From Eledone cirrhosa (Eukaryota), in assembly GCA_964016885.1 (NCBI GenBank), contig OZ024746.1, positions 84,568,001 through 84,632,000 on the forward strand: 64,000 nucleotides of DNA, written 5' to 3'. Positions within the stretch are counted from its first letter, which is position 1; every line of letters starts with the position of its first letter. Under the pieces are notes generated by a model. That model did not search any database. It was given only the letters and a program-made list of their open reading frames with translations, and was not told where the DNA came from. Both the position numbers and the translations under genes were made by a program. Below are positions 62,255-64,000 of the stretch, piece by piece.

Positions 62255-62918
62255 AATACACGTGTAGATTTAGAAACAACCTTCGAAATATGCATGTAGC
62301 CTTAAAATCTACGTGTAGCTGTACAACAGTAGGTTAGCTTTAGAAATACGTTACATATAACCGTATAAACATATACGCGGTTTTAGAAATACGCTGCATA
62401 GAGTCTCTTATAAACACATATGTAGCTTTAGTAATACATTACATATAATCCTACAAACATATTAGTAGTTTTTGAATTACGTTATATATAGTCTTAAAAA
62501 CATATGAAACTTTAGAAATATTTTACATATAGTCCTATAAAAAACACGTGTAGATTTGGAAATCCGTTATATACAGTCCACATCTGTCAACTCTCTCCGT
62601 CTGGCGGGGAAATCTCCCACCCACATTGAGGTGGGTGAGAGATGTCTTCTCTTGAGAAAATAGGTATAGCTTTCACTATGTAAAATGTCCTTATTTTGCC
62701 TTTTTTTCATGGTACTCCCTATTTGGGCTTTTAGAAGTTGGCAGTGTGATTGTCTTATAAACACATAAGTAGCTTTTGAAATATGTTATATATTGGTTTA
62801 TAAATATATATGTATCTATAAAACATATAAACCAATGCAGTCTCACACTTGCATATGGAACTTTAGAAACAAAATAATGAAGCCGTAATAGTATATACGT
62901 AACCTTATAAACAAATAT
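62255..62918. repeat. Old minisatellite of about 42-44 bp
   Basis: Degenerate units of GTAGCTTTAGAAATACGTTACATATAGTCTTATAAACACATAT. Confidence 0.75.
62579..62748 (-). mobile_element. MITE, copy 1 (diverged)
   Basis: Reverse-complement homolog of 62919-63112. Confidence 0.8.
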
Positions 62919-63112
62919 CAGACCTGCCAACCTCTAAAAACCCAAACGGGGAGTACCATCAAAAAAGTGCCTCCAAACGGGGAGAAATGGGACAAAATGG
63001 GTAAATTTTACATGATGAAAGCTATACCCATTTTCACAAGAGAAGACAGCTCTCACCCACCCCAAAGTGGGTGGGAAATCTCTCCGTCCGACGGGGAGAG
63101 TTGACAGGTCTG
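62919..63112 (+). mobile_element. MITE with CAGACCTG(C/T)CAAC TIRs and an apparent 6-bp TSD
   Basis: AAATAT|CAGACCTGCCAAC...GTTGACAGGTCTG|AAATAT. Confidence 0.82.
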
Positions 63113-63146
63113 AAATATGCTGTTTTATTAATGTTACATATAGAAT

Positions 63147-63390
63147 GTGGCTTAGGGCTTAAGGTGGAGTCTCACGATCGTATAGTCGTGAGTTCGATTT
63201 TCAGATCAATTTGCTGGAAAACAAATATTTTTACCGGTAATCACACCCCGTGTCCCTGAGAATTTCTATGAGGATTACGTTATGGATGCACGCATTTATG
63301 GAATGCTCAGCCATTTGTATGCCAATTTCAATTCTATGCTGTTCCTCTGTTTGAACAACTAGGACAGTCGTTATGGTAACCGACGGAGGT
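63147..63390 (+). mobile_element. SINE family 3
   Basis: GTGGCTTAG...CACGATCGT...GAGTTCGATT head; tail GTAACCGACGGAG. Confidence 0.7.
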
Positions 63391-63884
63391 TTAAGAAATA
63401 CATAGGAAATCTTGAATGCACAATGTTATATAACCTGAAAAATACATTTTTAACACATGCCAACTTTCAGTATTAGTTCAAATATATAATTCTCACTTCT
63501 ATTTATCATACTTATATGTAAAAGTATCAAATTAAAATACATATCTACATTAAAAAACATAACTTCATAGCCACATACAATTACAGTACTGCATCTTGAT
63601 GGAAACATGGAGATAGTAGTGCACAATATTATGGTACTACAAATGTATTAAATTACAAAGCTATGCAAAAGCTTGCACATACAGGAACAGATAGGAAAAG
63701 ATACAGAAAAGCATATTGAAGCTAATTATGCGTGCAGCATATATATATATATATGAACACACACAAACACTACATATACATATACATATACATACATACA
63801 TACATATATATATATATAAGAAATTTAATCTGAGTTTTTCGAATATTAATAATAATAATAATCGATTCGTTTGTAAACTATTTG

Positions 63885-63944
<60 letters not shown>

Positions 63945-64000
63945 ACCACCCCACTCTCAAGAGCGTGAAACTAATAACCCTTTGTTCGTACTGTCTCTCT

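Overview
This is AT-rich eukaryotic non-genic DNA saturated with microsatellites. The repeat families resemble those of octopus genomes (inference). I find no intact, recognisable protein-coding gene. Almost all supplied ORFs are translations of (TA)n, (CA)n, (CT)n, (CCA)n or (TATC)n tracts. The identifiable content is: many tRNA-derived SINEs (about 3 families, one with a Nin/Deu-type core); decayed non-LTR retrotransposon fragments (RTE, Tx1/L1-like, RLE-type); one non-autonomous Helitron with both termini; several MITE-like and foldback elements; and minisatellites. The most notable signal is nine + strand minimal type I hammerhead-ribozyme motifs (stem I - CUGANGA or UUGANAA - stem II - GAAA - palindromic stem III - UH), plus a decayed remnant. 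They fall into several sequence families and lie next to or inside (TA)n tracts, with no linked RT ORF. They include tandem pairs 208-278 nt apart, two families with a compensatory U3:A8 core, and one at the apex of a long foldback element. They resemble non-autonomous Penelope-like or retrozyme-like elements. All calls were made by eye; nothing was searched or computationally folded.
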